64,000 bases of DNA from an uncultured Candidatus Rokubacteria bacterium (GTDB lineage: Bacteria > Methylomirabilota > Methylomirabilia > Rokubacteriales > CSP1-6), in assembly GCA_963771355.1 (NCBI GenBank), contig CAVYTA010000003.1:1-64000 (forward strand), written 5' to 3'. Position 1 is the stretch's first letter. Each line of letters opens with the position of its first letter. Below the pieces are notes generated by a model. It saw only the letters and a list, made by a program, of their open reading frames with translations, made no database searches and had not been told where the DNA came from. Shown piece by piece: positions 11,156 through 20,166 of this stretch. Both the position numbers and the translations under genes were made by a program.

Positions 11156-12153
11156 AACGATGGCTCCTGTGGATCATGACTGCCCTGCTCGTTCTCACCC
11201 TGCGACCCGATCAGGGGCTGAGTCAGGCTGCCGATAAGGTGACGCTCCAGCTCAAGTGGGTCACCCAGGCTCAGTTTGCTGGCTACTACGCGGCGAAGGC
11301 CAAAGGCCTCTATGCTGCCGAGAAGCTCGACGTGACCATCCGCCCCGGTGGTCCGGACATCGTGCCCGAGCAGGTCGTGGCTGGTGGCGGTGCTCAGTTC
11401 GGGATCGACTGGCTGCCCAGCCTGCTATCCGCTCGTGACCAGGGCGCGCCACTCGTCAATATCGCCCAGGTGTTCGCCTACAGTGGTATGCGCGAGATCG
11501 CCTTCAAGGCGTCTGGCATCAAAGGCGCTGCTGATCTGAGAGGCCGTCGGGTCGCGGTGTGGTTCGGCGGCAACGAGTTCGAGCTGCTCGCCACACTCGA
11601 GAAGCACAAGATCGACCGGAACAAGGACGTCACCCTGGTGCAGCAGCCGTTCGACATGAACCTGCTGCTCCAGAAGCAGGTCGACGCCGCGGCGGCCATG
11701 ACCTACAACGAGTACAAGCAGGTGCTGGACGCCGGCGTGAAGCCGGACGACCTCGTGGTCATCGACTTCAACAAGGAAGGTACGGCGATGCTGGAAGACG
11801 GGATCTTCGTCAAGGCCGACTGGATCCTCGATGCCAAGAACAAGCAGGTCGCCGCTCGCTTCCTGCGCGCGTCCCTCAAGGGCTGGGAGCTTTGCAAGGA
11901 CAAGCCCGGTGAGTGCGTGGAGATCGTTCTGAAGGAGAGCCCCGTGCTCGGCCGCGAGCATCAGACCTGGATGATGACCGAGATCAACAAGCTCATCTGG
12001 GGGCCGCCGGCGCCCCGGAGCCCGCTCGGCAAGATGGACCCCGCCTCGTTCAAGCAGACGGCCGACATCGCGCTGAAATTCGGCGTGATCAAGAAGCCCG
12101 CCGGCGACGGCGCCTCCACGCACGAGATCTGGGACCTGGCCCAGAAGAAGTAG
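11149..12153 (+). CDS. NMT1/THI5-like ABC substrate-binding protein
   Basis: SD GAGGAGG, signal peptide, LQLKWVTQAQFAGYY, AMTYNEY. Confidence 0.92.
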   Translation: MVKRWLLWIMTALLVLTLRPDQGLSQAADKVTLQLKWVTQAQFAGYYAAKAKGLYAAEKLDVTIRPGGPDIVPEQVVAGGGAQFGIDWLPSLLSARDQGAPLVNIAQVFAYSGMREIAFKASGIKGAADLRGRRVAVWFGGNEFELLATLEKHKIDRNKDVTLVQQPFDMNLLLQKQVDAAAAMTYNEYKQVLDAGVKPDDLVVIDFNKEGTAMLEDGIFVKADWILDAKNKQVAARFLRASLKGWELCKDKPGECVEIVLKESPVLGREHQTWMMTEINKLIWGPPAPRSPLGKMDPASFKQTADIALKFGVIKKPAGDGASTHEIWDLAQKK

Positions 12154-12195
12154 CCCCCTCGCGGCGAGCGATGACCGCGCTCACGACCCTGCGGA

Positions 12196-12375
12196 GTGCC
12201 TTTCCTTCAGGATGGAATGGTCTATTTCAAGCGTGGGCAAGGTTACGAAGAGATCGGTGAATTCAGCAAGGCCCAGACCGGCTATGGGCACGCCGCGGAT
12301 CTCATGCCGATGCAAGAGTGGAAGAAACTCGCGGCGCTTGGTGTCAAACGCCTTCACGGAGAAGTGGAAAAGGGC
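12196..12375 (+). pseudogene. Possible TPR-like gene fragment at the island end
   Basis: GMVYFKRGQGYEEIGEFSKAQTGYGHA resembles one TPR. Confidence 0.3.
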
Positions 12376-12489
12376 GATCACCGAGCAGTTGAAGCTCGCG
12401 ATTGCCTGTTTCCTGGACCGGCTCGCGGGCCCGAAGGCGAAGCGAGTGAGAACTCTAAAGGCAGAACCACGAACGAGCACGCCGTGGCG

Positions 12490-12510
12490 TGGGCACCAAT
12501 TGGGCACCAA
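12490..12510 (+). repeat. Tandem 10-bp repeat TGGGCACCAA x2 (putative integrase arm-type sites)
   Basis: 12490-12499 and 12501-12510, 45 bp from the att core. Confidence 0.55.
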
Positions 12511-12555
12511 ACGCAATTCGGGCGCTTCCACTGATCTGGAAGCGCCCGAAAGGAT

Positions 12556-12631
<76 letters not shown>

Positions 12632-12733
12632 GTCTCAGTCCCACCAGCGCCGCACGACCACTGCTCACCGCCATGACCGCCGCACGACACACCACGAACC
12701 GCGGCCGCCGAGTCACCCCGGCGGCCGGAGATT

Positions 12734-12810
12734 TGGTGCGCCCAAGAGGATTCGAACCTCTGACCTTTAGCTCCGGAGGCTAACGCTCTATCCAACTGAG
12801 CTATGGGCGC
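12734..12810 (-). tRNA. tRNA-Arg(CCG)
   Basis: GCGCCCATAGCTCAG...TTAGC-CT-CCG-GA-GCTAA...GTTCGAATC...CCA. Confidence 0.97.
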
Positions 12811-12871
12811 CCGTGCGTTCCTTCTGAACCACGCTTGGCTGATCCGCTCTTGGCTGACCCGTCACCGGGAT

Positions 12872-12949
12872 TGGGGTGACCGAAGGGAATCGAACCCTCA
12901 ACCCCTGGCGCCACAGGCCAGTGCTCTAACCAATTGAGCTACGGTCACC
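12872..12949 (-). tRNA. tRNA-His(GTG)
   Basis: G(-1)GTGACCGTAGCTCAATTGG...CTGGC-CT-GTG-GC-GCCAG...CCA. Confidence 0.97.
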
Positions 12950-12974
12950 ATCCCCGGACGACAGCCGAGACGTC

Positions 12975-13003
12975 ATCTTAGCGTAGGCCCCAGGGGGAAG
13001 CAA
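12975..13003 (-). promoter_or_regulatory. Sigma-70 promoter of the His-Arg-Lys tRNA operon
   Basis: TTGCTT-N17-TAAGAT. Confidence 0.7.
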
Positions 13004-13074
13004 CCGGGGCGGCCGTGGTACGGTTATATCGTTGGTAGCTCAAGGCGAAATTTACTCAAGGAGGAGTAGCAGTC

Positions 13075-13341
13075 ATGAAGCGCGAAGGGGTCTCGAGACG
13101 GGCGGTGCTGGGGGCGGGCGTGGCGGCGGTGGCGGCGGTGATCGTGCCGGCCCTGGCCCCCCACCCGGCAGTGGCGCAGCAGAAGGTCAAGCCCGCCATG
13201 GTGCAGTACCAGCTGACGCCCAAGAACAAGCAGCAGTGCGACACGTGTCTGCACTGGGTGGCACCGGACCAGTGCAAGATGGTCGAAGGCAAGATCGTCC
13301 CGAAGGGCTGGTGCTCTCTCTACGCGGTGAAGCCCAAGTAA
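13075..13341 (+). CDS. High-potential iron-sulfur protein (HiPIP) with Tat signal
   Basis: SD AGGAGG, SRRAVL Tat motif, YQ...CxxC...C...GWCSLY. Confidence 0.88.
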   Translation: MKREGVSRRAVLGAGVAAVAAVIVPALAPHPAVAQQKVKPAMVQYQLTPKNKQQCDTCLHWVAPDQCKMVEGKIVPKGWCSLYAVKPK

Positions 13342-14193
13342 AACGCGCGGAGGCCCTCGGCCGCGCCGCGCAGCGGTGTCGCGAGCGCGGCCTGGGCCTT
13401 TCCTACCCTTAGCCCCCCCTCCAGCGGGCGGGCGGCCTTCTGGGTGAGCTCGGCGGTCTTGACGGGGGTGAGGTGGCTCCCGTCCAGCCCGAACGTCTCC
13501 ACCACCAGCTGCGTGAAGGCCCAGCGGTCCAGCGTGTCGGCGCCGGCCACGTGGTAGAGCCCCGTGAGGCCCTGCTCGCAGGCCTCCACGCTGGCCGCCG
13601 CCAGATCGGGCCCATAGGTCGGGACTGGCGCGCTGATCCACGGCGGGGCGGAAGGGGCGCCCCTCGCGGCAGGCGCGGATGAGCTGGTAGACGAAGTTCT
13701 TCTGCTGGGTCTCGGGGCCGTACACCACGCTGGTGCGCAGCACGAGCGCGCGGGGGATGGCGCCGAGGATGGCGCGCTCGGCCTCGAGCTTGCTCTTCCC
13801 GTAGACGTTCAGCGGCCGGGCCTCGTCCTCCTCCCCGAAGGGCCCGCCCTTGCCATCGAAGACATAGTCGCTCGAGTAGTAGACGAAGGCCGCGCCCGCC
13901 CGCTGGGCCATGCGTCCGAGGAAGAGCGGGGCGTCCCGGTTGAGCGCGAAGGCCTCCTCCGCGTGATCCTCGCAGTAGTCCACGTGGCTGATGGCCGCCG
14001 GGCAGAAGATCCAGTCGGGCTTGACGAAGTGGACGGCGTGCTCCACCGCGTCCGTGTTGCGGATGTCCAGCGGCCAGGCGTCGGGCACGGCATGGGCCGT
14101 GTAGGTGCCGGTGGCCTCGTGCCCGCGGGCGCGCAGCACCTGCATGAGCGCGCCGCCCACCTGGCCCGAGGCGCCGACGACGAGGGCGCGCAC
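13320..14193 (-). CDS. RmlD/RfbD-like SDR (dTDP-4-dehydrorhamnose reductase family); +1 frameshift near 13622
   Basis: GASGQVG, YSSDYVFDG, YGKSK, DQRASP(T)YGPDLA. Confidence 0.88.
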
Positions 14194-14266
14194 TAGCGGC
14201 GGCCCTTCACGCGAGCGGCGCTCCCTTGCGTCATGATAGGCGCCAGTTTACACTGCCCCTCGCCCC

Positions 14267-15223
14267 ATGGCCGCCCCCCTCGTCCTCCTCTGGCACAGCA
14301 ATGACGGGCCCTACCGTACGGCCATCTCGGACGCGGGCCTCGCGGGCGAGGTGCAGGTGCTGGCGGTGCCGGGCAATGCGGAGCCGTCGGCCGATGCCTG
14401 GGGGCGCGCCGAGGCGCTCCTGGCCTTTCGCGCCACGCCGGGCATGCTGCCCAAGGCCCCGCGCCTCCGCTGGATCCAGGCGCTGACGGCGGGCGTCGAG
14501 GGCTGGCTGGCGCTGCCGGATCTGCCGCCCGCGGTCGCCCTGACCTGCGCGCGCGGCACCCATCGCGTGCAGATGCCGGAGAACATCCTGGGCGCGCTCT
14601 TCCACCTCACCAAGCCCTATGCCGGCATCGTCGCGGACCAGAAGGAGCACAAGTGGACGCGGCGGGTGTCGGAGACCCTGGCCGGGAAGACGCTGGGCAT
14701 TCTCGGCCTGGGCGCCATCGGCGTGGAAGTGGCGCGCAAGGCCGCCGCGCTCGAGATGCGCGTCATCGGGACGAAGCGCGACCCGGGCCCCCTGCCCCAC
14801 GCGGAGCGCGTCTACACGCCCGACGCCACGGACGAGGTGCTGGCGCAGTCCGACTTCGTGCTGCTCCTCCTGCCGGTGACGCCCGAGACCCGCAATGTCG
14901 TCAACGCGCGCTTCCTCGCCAAGATGAAGCCCACCGCGCAGCTGCTCAACTTCGGCCGGGGCGAGCTGATCGACGACGGCGCGCTCGTGGACGCGGTGAC
15001 GCGCAAGGTGATCGCGGGCGCGGTGCTGGACGTGTTCCGCCAGGAGCCCTTGCCCGCCGAGCATCCCTTCTGGGGCACGCCGGGCATCACGGTGCTGCCG
15101 CATATCGGCGGGCTGCATCCGCAGCGGGACACCGTGGTGGCCGAGCTCTTCGTGGAGAACCTGCGGCGCTTCCTGGCGGGCACGCCCCTCCTTCACGCGG
15201 TGGATCGCGCGCGCGGCTACTAG
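14267..15223 (+). CDS. D-2-hydroxyacid dehydrogenase
   Basis: GLGAIG, NFGRG, LDVFRQEPLP, PHIGG. Confidence 0.92.
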   Translation: MAAPLVLLWHSNDGPYRTAISDAGLAGEVQVLAVPGNAEPSADAWGRAEALLAFRATPGMLPKAPRLRWIQALTAGVEGWLALPDLPPAVALTCARGTHRVQMPENILGALFHLTKPYAGIVADQKEHKWTRRVSETLAGKTLGILGLGAIGVEVARKAAALEMRVIGTKRDPGPLPHAERVYTPDATDEVLAQSDFVLLLLPVTPETRNVVNARFLAKMKPTAQLLNFGRGELIDDGALVDAVTRKVIAGAVLDVFRQEPLPAEHPFWGTPGITVLPHIGGLHPQRDTVVAELFVENLRRFLAGTPLLHAVDRARGY

Positions 15224-15224
15224 C

Positions 15225-15773
15225 ATGGGCCCGGCGGTGCGCCTGGCCCCGGTCGCGCGGCTGACCCCGCTTCTCGCCCTGCTTCTAGGCCTGCTTCTGA
15301 CCGTAGTCGTCGCCGGCGCCTCTCGGGTGGACGCGGCCTGGCCGGGCCTCCGCGGGGTCAAGCGCGTGGCCATCGAGGTGGTGTTCGCTCCGGATCATCC
15401 GCAGCTCGCGCCCGAGGTCGTGGAAAAGCGCCTCGAGGACGCGCTCCTGGCCAACCCCGCCGCCCCCAAGCCCGATCCGCGCAGCGCGGACCGCCTGCGC
15501 CTGGTGGTGGCGGTGCGCCAGGTGACGACCAGCGACCTCCGCGGCTATTACCTGCCGTGGTCCGGCTATTACGGCGTCGGCACGGTGCGCCTCGCGGTGG
15601 AGCGCCAGATGATTCTCCCCGGCTCGCCGCCCGCCGCCGCCATCCCCGCCATCGTCTGGCAGGTGGACCGCCACGCGCTGGGTCCCTGGCGGCGCTCACG
15701 GGAGGAGATCATGGCCCTGATCGACGACCTCGTCGCCACGCTGATCGCGGACATGGGCGGGGACGGGAGCTAG
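15225..15773 (+). CDS. Hypothetical exported protein
   Basis: Signal-like N-terminus; operonic spacing. Confidence 0.6.
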   Translation: MGPAVRLAPVARLTPLLALLLGLLLTVVVAGASRVDAAWPGLRGVKRVAIEVVFAPDHPQLAPEVVEKRLEDALLANPAAPKPDPRSADRLRLVVAVRQVTTSDLRGYYLPWSGYYGVGTVRLAVERQMILPGSPPAAAIPAIVWQVDRHALGPWRRSREEIMALIDDLVATLIADMGGDGS

Positions 15774-15793
15774 CGCGCGGCGCGCGGCCGGCC

Positions 15794-16267
15794 ATGTCAC
15801 GCTCGCTCGGGCCCGCGCTGCCGGCCGATCTCCTGGACCGGCTGTCCCAGCGCGACCTGGCGCCGCTGCTGGGACGCGGGATCCCCCTCGTCACGCTGGG
15901 AGCGGACGGGCGGCCGCATCCCATGCTCTGCTCCTACCTGGAGCTTCTGGCCGTGAGCGCGACCACGCTGCGCCTGGCCATCGCCATGCGAAGCCGCAGC
16001 GCGGCCAATCTCCAGTCCCAGCGGGTAGGAACCTTCCTCTTGATCGAGCCGGAGCGGAGCGTGTATCTCAAGTGCCGGGCGGGCGGGGCGCCGCGCGTCT
16101 TCGGGGAGCTGGCGCGCTTCGACCTCACGGTGGAGGACGTGCTGGAGGACGCGCCCACGGAAGCCGAGGGGGCGGCGCGCATCACGAGCGGCATCACGTA
16201 TGCGCCCGCGCCGGACCCTGGCGCCCCGTGGGTGCGGGCGCTCCTCGACGCATTGCGGGCCGTCTGA
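15794..16267 (+). CDS. Pyridoxamine 5'-phosphate oxidase-like (split barrel) protein
   Basis: LVTLGADGRPH...SRSAANL. Confidence 0.7.
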   Translation: MSRSLGPALPADLLDRLSQRDLAPLLGRGIPLVTLGADGRPHPMLCSYLELLAVSATTLRLAIAMRSRSAANLQSQRVGTFLLIEPERSVYLKCRAGGAPRVFGELARFDLTVEDVLEDAPTEAEGAARITSGITYAPAPDPGAPWVRALLDALRAV

Positions 16268-17014
16268 GTGGCCGAGCCCGCTCTGCCCGTCCTCGCGGCG
16301 CTGGCCGCGGCGGCGGCGCTCGTGCTGGGCTTTCTCAAGACCAGCGTGGGAGGCGGGATCGGGCTCATGCTGACCCCGCTGCTCACGTTGATCCTGCCGC
16401 CCTCGGCGGTGCTGGGCTTCATCGGGTGCCTGATGGTGCTGTCCGACCCGATCTCTCTACGGCTGTACTGGCGCCAGTGGCATCCGGGGCTCTTGCGCCG
16501 GCTCATCCCCTCTTCGCTCGTGGGCATTGTCCTGGGCGCCTGGCTCCTCGCGGGGCTGTCCGAGGCCGGGCTGCGACGGCTGATCGGCGCCGCCGCGCTC
16601 CTGATGGCGGGCGTGAGCCTCGTGGGCCTGCTGCGCGCGCACCGGCCGCGCCCCCACTCCTCGCCCGTGGTCAGCGCGGGGGTGGGCATCGCCGTGGGAG
16701 TGGCCTCCGTCGTGGCCAACTCGGGCGGCATCATCCTCGGCCCCTATCTGGCCGGGCTCGGGCTCTCCAATGCCGCGGTGGTCGGCACGGGCCAGGGCGT
16801 GGTGTCCGCGGCCAACGCGCTCAAGCTCGGCGCCTACTGGGCCATCGGCTTCGTGACCCTGAAGCTGGCGCTGCTGGCCATCGTCATGACCCCGCTCGTC
16901 TACCTGGGAAGCCTCGTCGGCTACCGCCTCAATGCGCGGCTGCCGCGGCGGGCGCTGGCGCTGACCCTCATCGCGATCGCCATCGCGGGCGGCGCGAAGC
17001 TCCTGCTGAGCTGA
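16268..17014 (+). CDS. TauE/SafE (TSUP) family permease
   Basis: GFLKTSVGGGIGL, about eight hydrophobic segments. Confidence 0.85.
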   Translation: MAEPALPVLAALAAAAALVLGFLKTSVGGGIGLMLTPLLTLILPPSAVLGFIGCLMVLSDPISLRLYWRQWHPGLLRRLIPSSLVGIVLGAWLLAGLSEAGLRRLIGAAALLMAGVSLVGLLRAHRPRPHSSPVVSAGVGIAVGVASVVANSGGIILGPYLAGLGLSNAAVVGTGQGVVSAANALKLGAYWAIGFVTLKLALLAIVMTPLVYLGSLVGYRLNARLPRRALALTLIAIAIAGGAKLLLS

Positions 17015-17128
17015 CCGCGATACATCTGGTCGGCCGCGCGCGCCGATACCATACAACGCGCACGCAAAATCGACGCTTGACGGCCATGCGCTCCGCCGCG
17101 ATCCTCACCCTCACGGAGGATACAGACC

Positions 17129-17498
17129 ATGGTGACGATCAAGGACCTCGAGGCATTCGGCGACGGCTGGAACCGGCACGACGTGGACGCGCTGATGACG
17201 TTCATGTCGCCGGACTGCGTGTTCGAGACCAGCGCCGGCCCGGAGGCATGCGGCAAGCGCTATCACGGGCCGCGAGCAGGTGCGGGAGGCGTTCGCCGGC
17301 GTGTTCAAGCGGTTCCCGGACGCGCACTTCGGCAACGCGCGGCACTTCGTGGCCGGTGATCGCGGCGTGTCGGAGTGGCTCTTCACCGCCACCACCGCCG
17401 ACGGCAAGAAGATGGAGGTGAACGGCTGCGACGTGTTCACCTTCGCCGGGGACAAGATCGCGCTGAAGTGCTCTTACTTCAAGAACCGGACGGCCTAG
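17129..17498 (+). CDS. SnoaL/NTF2-like protein; +1 frameshift near 17268
   Basis: WNRHDVDALM...FPDAHF...GVSEWLF...GCDVFTF; an extra G in a G-run splits the ORF. Confidence 0.85.
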
Positions 17499-18186
17499 CG
17501 ATCTCCGCGAGCAGGTCGGCGAGCGCCTCGGGCGCGGTGACGTTCGGGCTGTGGCTGGCGTCCAGCTCGAAATAGCGCCAGCCCTCCCGCTTCGCGCGCT
17601 CGGCGAATTGCCGGAAGGGGTCGCCGGGCGGCGCGAGCCGGCAGTAGATGTAGCTGCGCGGCAGCGACGTCTCGCCGCGCTTGAGGCGGAGCGGCTGCTG
17701 GAAGGTGCGGAGCGGCTGCGTCATGCGCCGCGGCTCGATCCACGCCACGTCCTCCGGCGCGGTGTCCGGTGGAATGGGATTGGCCGGCACCCGCCAGCCG
17801 TCGGCCGCGTTCTCGACCATGTGCTTGCGGACGCCCTCCGGCATGTAGTCGAGCAGGCAGCGGCCCTCCGCGGGGACGAAGGCGTCGAGATAGACGACCT
17901 GGCGCAGGCGCTCGGGCACGCGGTCGGCCACGCCGGTCGCCACCATGCCGCCGTACGAGTGGCCGATCAGGACGACGTCGCGGAGGTCCTCATAGTCCAG
18001 CATCGCGACCACGTCGCTGACATGCGTCTCGAGGTCCACCGCCGGGCTCGCATGATGCCCGCGATCGCCGAGCCCGGTGAGGGTCGGCGTATAGAGCTCG
18101 TGGCCGCGCGCGCGCAGCAACGGCCGAACTTTTTTCCACGCCCAGGCCGCCGACCACGCACCGTGCGCCAATACGAAGGTCGCCAC
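17479..18186 (-). CDS. Alpha/beta hydrolase (esterase)
   Basis: FVLAHGAW, GHSYGG, YLDA, ASHSP; SD GGAGG before GTG. Confidence 0.92.
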   Translation of the reverse strand: MATFVLAHGAWSAAWAWKKVRPLLRARGHELYTPTLTGLGDRGHHASPAVDLETHVSDVVAMLDYEDLRDVVLIGHSYGGMVATGVADRVPERLRQVVYLDAFVPAEGRCLLDYMPEGVRKHMVENAADGWRVPANPIPPDTAPEDVAWIEPRRMTQPLRTFQQPLRLKRGETSLPRSYIYCRLAPPGDPFRQFAERAKREGWRYFELDASHSPNVTAPEALADLLAEIARPSGS

Positions 18187-18215
18187 CCGCTCACCTCCAG
18201 TGGATGATCCTCCGT

Positions 18216-18238
18216 TTGTCGCGTCCCCCTCTCGACAA
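18216..18238. promoter_or_regulatory. Inverted repeat TTGTCG-N11-CGACAA in the divergent region upstream of the protease
   Basis: Seen directly; function inferred. Confidence 0.3.
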
Positions 18239-18277
18239 GTCAAGGGAATCATTGAGAAGCTGGAAGCGGAGGAAGCC

Positions 18278-20164
18278 ATGAAAAACGCCAAGCGTCCAAT
18301 GGATGCGGTGGCCGCGCTGCCCGCCCAGCGCCACGTGACCGTCATCGCCCAGGATCCCAGCGTCCGCGAGAACGGCCCCAACGGGCCCATCCTCATGGCG
18401 AAGATCGCGGTGCCCGCGGAGGATCTCATCCCCGGGCCCATCGGCTACCGCGTGCAGGTCGTGGACTACGACTCCACGACGCGGCGCTTCAACGGAGCTC
18501 ACGACCTCCCCGAGAGCCTCAAGGACGAGCCGCCCGGATGGGCGAAGGGCGACGCGAGAATCCTCACCGACTTCCGCTTCCATGCCCAGAACGTGTACGC
18601 GCTGGTCATGAAGACGCTGGCCCGCTTCGAGTTCGCGCTGGGCCGGCGCGTGGGGTGGTCCTTCCACACCCACCAGCTCAAGGTCTCGCCGCACGGGATG
18701 CTGGACGCCAACGCCTTCTATACCCGGCGTGAGGAAGGGCTCGTCTTCGGGTACTTCGCGGGCGAGAGCGGCGAGACCGTGTACACCTGTCTCTCGCACG
18801 ACATCGTGGTGCACGAGACCACCCATGCCCTGGTCGACGGGCTCCGCGAGCGCTACCTCGACCCGTCCAGCCCCGACCAGGCCGCCTTTCACGAGGGATT
18901 CGCCGACGTCATCGCGATCCTGTCGGTGTTCTCGCAGCCCGAGATGGTGCGCATGCTCCTGGCGCCGCCCACCAAGAAGGGGGGCGACGCGGCGCTCATC
19001 GACCGGGCCGACGTGACGGTGCCCGCGCTCCAGCAAAGCGCGCTGTTCGGGCTGGCGGCACAGATGGGTCAGGAGATCCAGGGCTCGCGGGGCGGCCCGC
19101 TTCGCCAGAGCGCGCAGCTCGTGGCGACACCCCAGCTCCTCGACTCCCCCGAGTTCCAGGAGCCGCACCGGAGAGGCGAGGTGCTCGTGGCCGCGGTGCT
19201 CAATGGCTTCATCAACGTGTGGGCCGCGCGTATCCAGGACCTGGGCGTGCCCGGCCAGCAGTCCTATGCGGTGGCGCGGGTGGCCGAGCAGGGGGCGGAC
19301 ATCGCCGACACCCTGGCCACGATGTGGATCCGGGCGCTCGACTACATGCCGCCGGTACACCTCGAGTTCGGCGACGCGCTGAGCGCCGCCTTGACCGCGG
19401 ACACCGAGGTGCGCCCCGACGACTCCCGCTACGACCTGCGCGAGCACATGCGCAAGGCGTTTCTGATCTATGGCATCGCGCCGCCGAAATCGGCCGACGC
19501 CGCGACGGGCACGTGGGAGCATGCGCCCGGCGGGCTCAACTATGACCGGGTGCGCTTCGAGTCCATGCGGAGCGACAAGGACGAGGTCTTCCGCTTCCTC
19601 TGGGAAAACCGCAAGGATCTCGAGGTCGAGCTGCGGAAGGGGGCGTACACGGAGGTGCTCTCGGTGCGCCCCTGCGTGCGCGTGGGCCCGGACGGCTTCA
19701 CCCTCCGCGAGACGGTGGCCGAGTACTATCAGGTCGCCCGCCTCACACCTCCCGAGCTCGAGCGGGCCGGCATCACGGTGCCGAAGAACTACCTGGTGGC
19801 CCTCGCGGAGGCGCGCCGCGCCGCCGCCGAGCGGCAGGCGAAGGCCCGGGAGCGCGCCGACGATGGCGACGCGCCGCCGGCCGGCGCCGACGACGGGCGC
19901 GACGCGGACGACGACGAGAGCCTGGCCACCACCCCCATCTACGGGGGCGGCGTCCTCATCTTCGACGAGTACGGGCGCCTGAAATACCACATCCACAACG
20001 ACGTGTTCCATGCGCGGCGCCAGGCCCGACGGCTGAAATACCTCTGGGAGACGGGCCAGCTCGAGCCGGGGCTGCGCCAGGCGCGGCTACAGGCGGGCCG
20101 CCTCTCGACCCTGCACCGCCTCCGCGCGCTCGACGCGCGGAGAGTTCCCGCGGAAGGCTGGTAG
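18278..20164 (+). CDS. Cytoplasmic thermolysin-like (M4/gluzincin) metallopeptidase
   Basis: ANAFY, DIVVHETTHAL (HExxH), third ligand FHEGFAD; SD GGAGGA; no signal peptide. Confidence 0.85.
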   Translation: MKNAKRPMDAVAALPAQRHVTVIAQDPSVRENGPNGPILMAKIAVPAEDLIPGPIGYRVQVVDYDSTTRRFNGAHDLPESLKDEPPGWAKGDARILTDFRFHAQNVYALVMKTLARFEFALGRRVGWSFHTHQLKVSPHGMLDANAFYTRREEGLVFGYFAGESGETVYTCLSHDIVVHETTHALVDGLRERYLDPSSPDQAAFHEGFADVIAILSVFSQPEMVRMLLAPPTKKGGDAALIDRADVTVPALQQSALFGLAAQMGQEIQGSRGGPLRQSAQLVATPQLLDSPEFQEPHRRGEVLVAAVLNGFINVWAARIQDLGVPGQQSYAVARVAEQGADIADTLATMWIRALDYMPPVHLEFGDALSAALTADTEVRPDDSRYDLREHMRKAFLIYGIAPPKSADAATGTWEHAPGGLNYDRVRFESMRSDKDEVFRFLWENRKDLEVELRKGAYTEVLSVRPCVRVGPDGFTLRETVAEYYQVARLTPPELERAGITVPKNYLVALAEARRAAAERQAKARERADDGDAPPAGADDGRDADDDESLATTPIYGGGVLIFDEYGRLKYHIHNDVFHARRQARRLKYLWETGQLEPGLRQARLQAGRLSTLHRLRALDARRVPAEGW

Positions 20165-20166
20165 CC

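Noticed and set aside
18191..20011. Long antisense or alternative-frame ORFs (e.g. 18191..20011, 22215..24467, 35244..37172, 49065..51161, 59411..61105)
   Set aside because: Shadows of real genes in high-GC DNA; low-complexity R/A/G/P composition and no motifs
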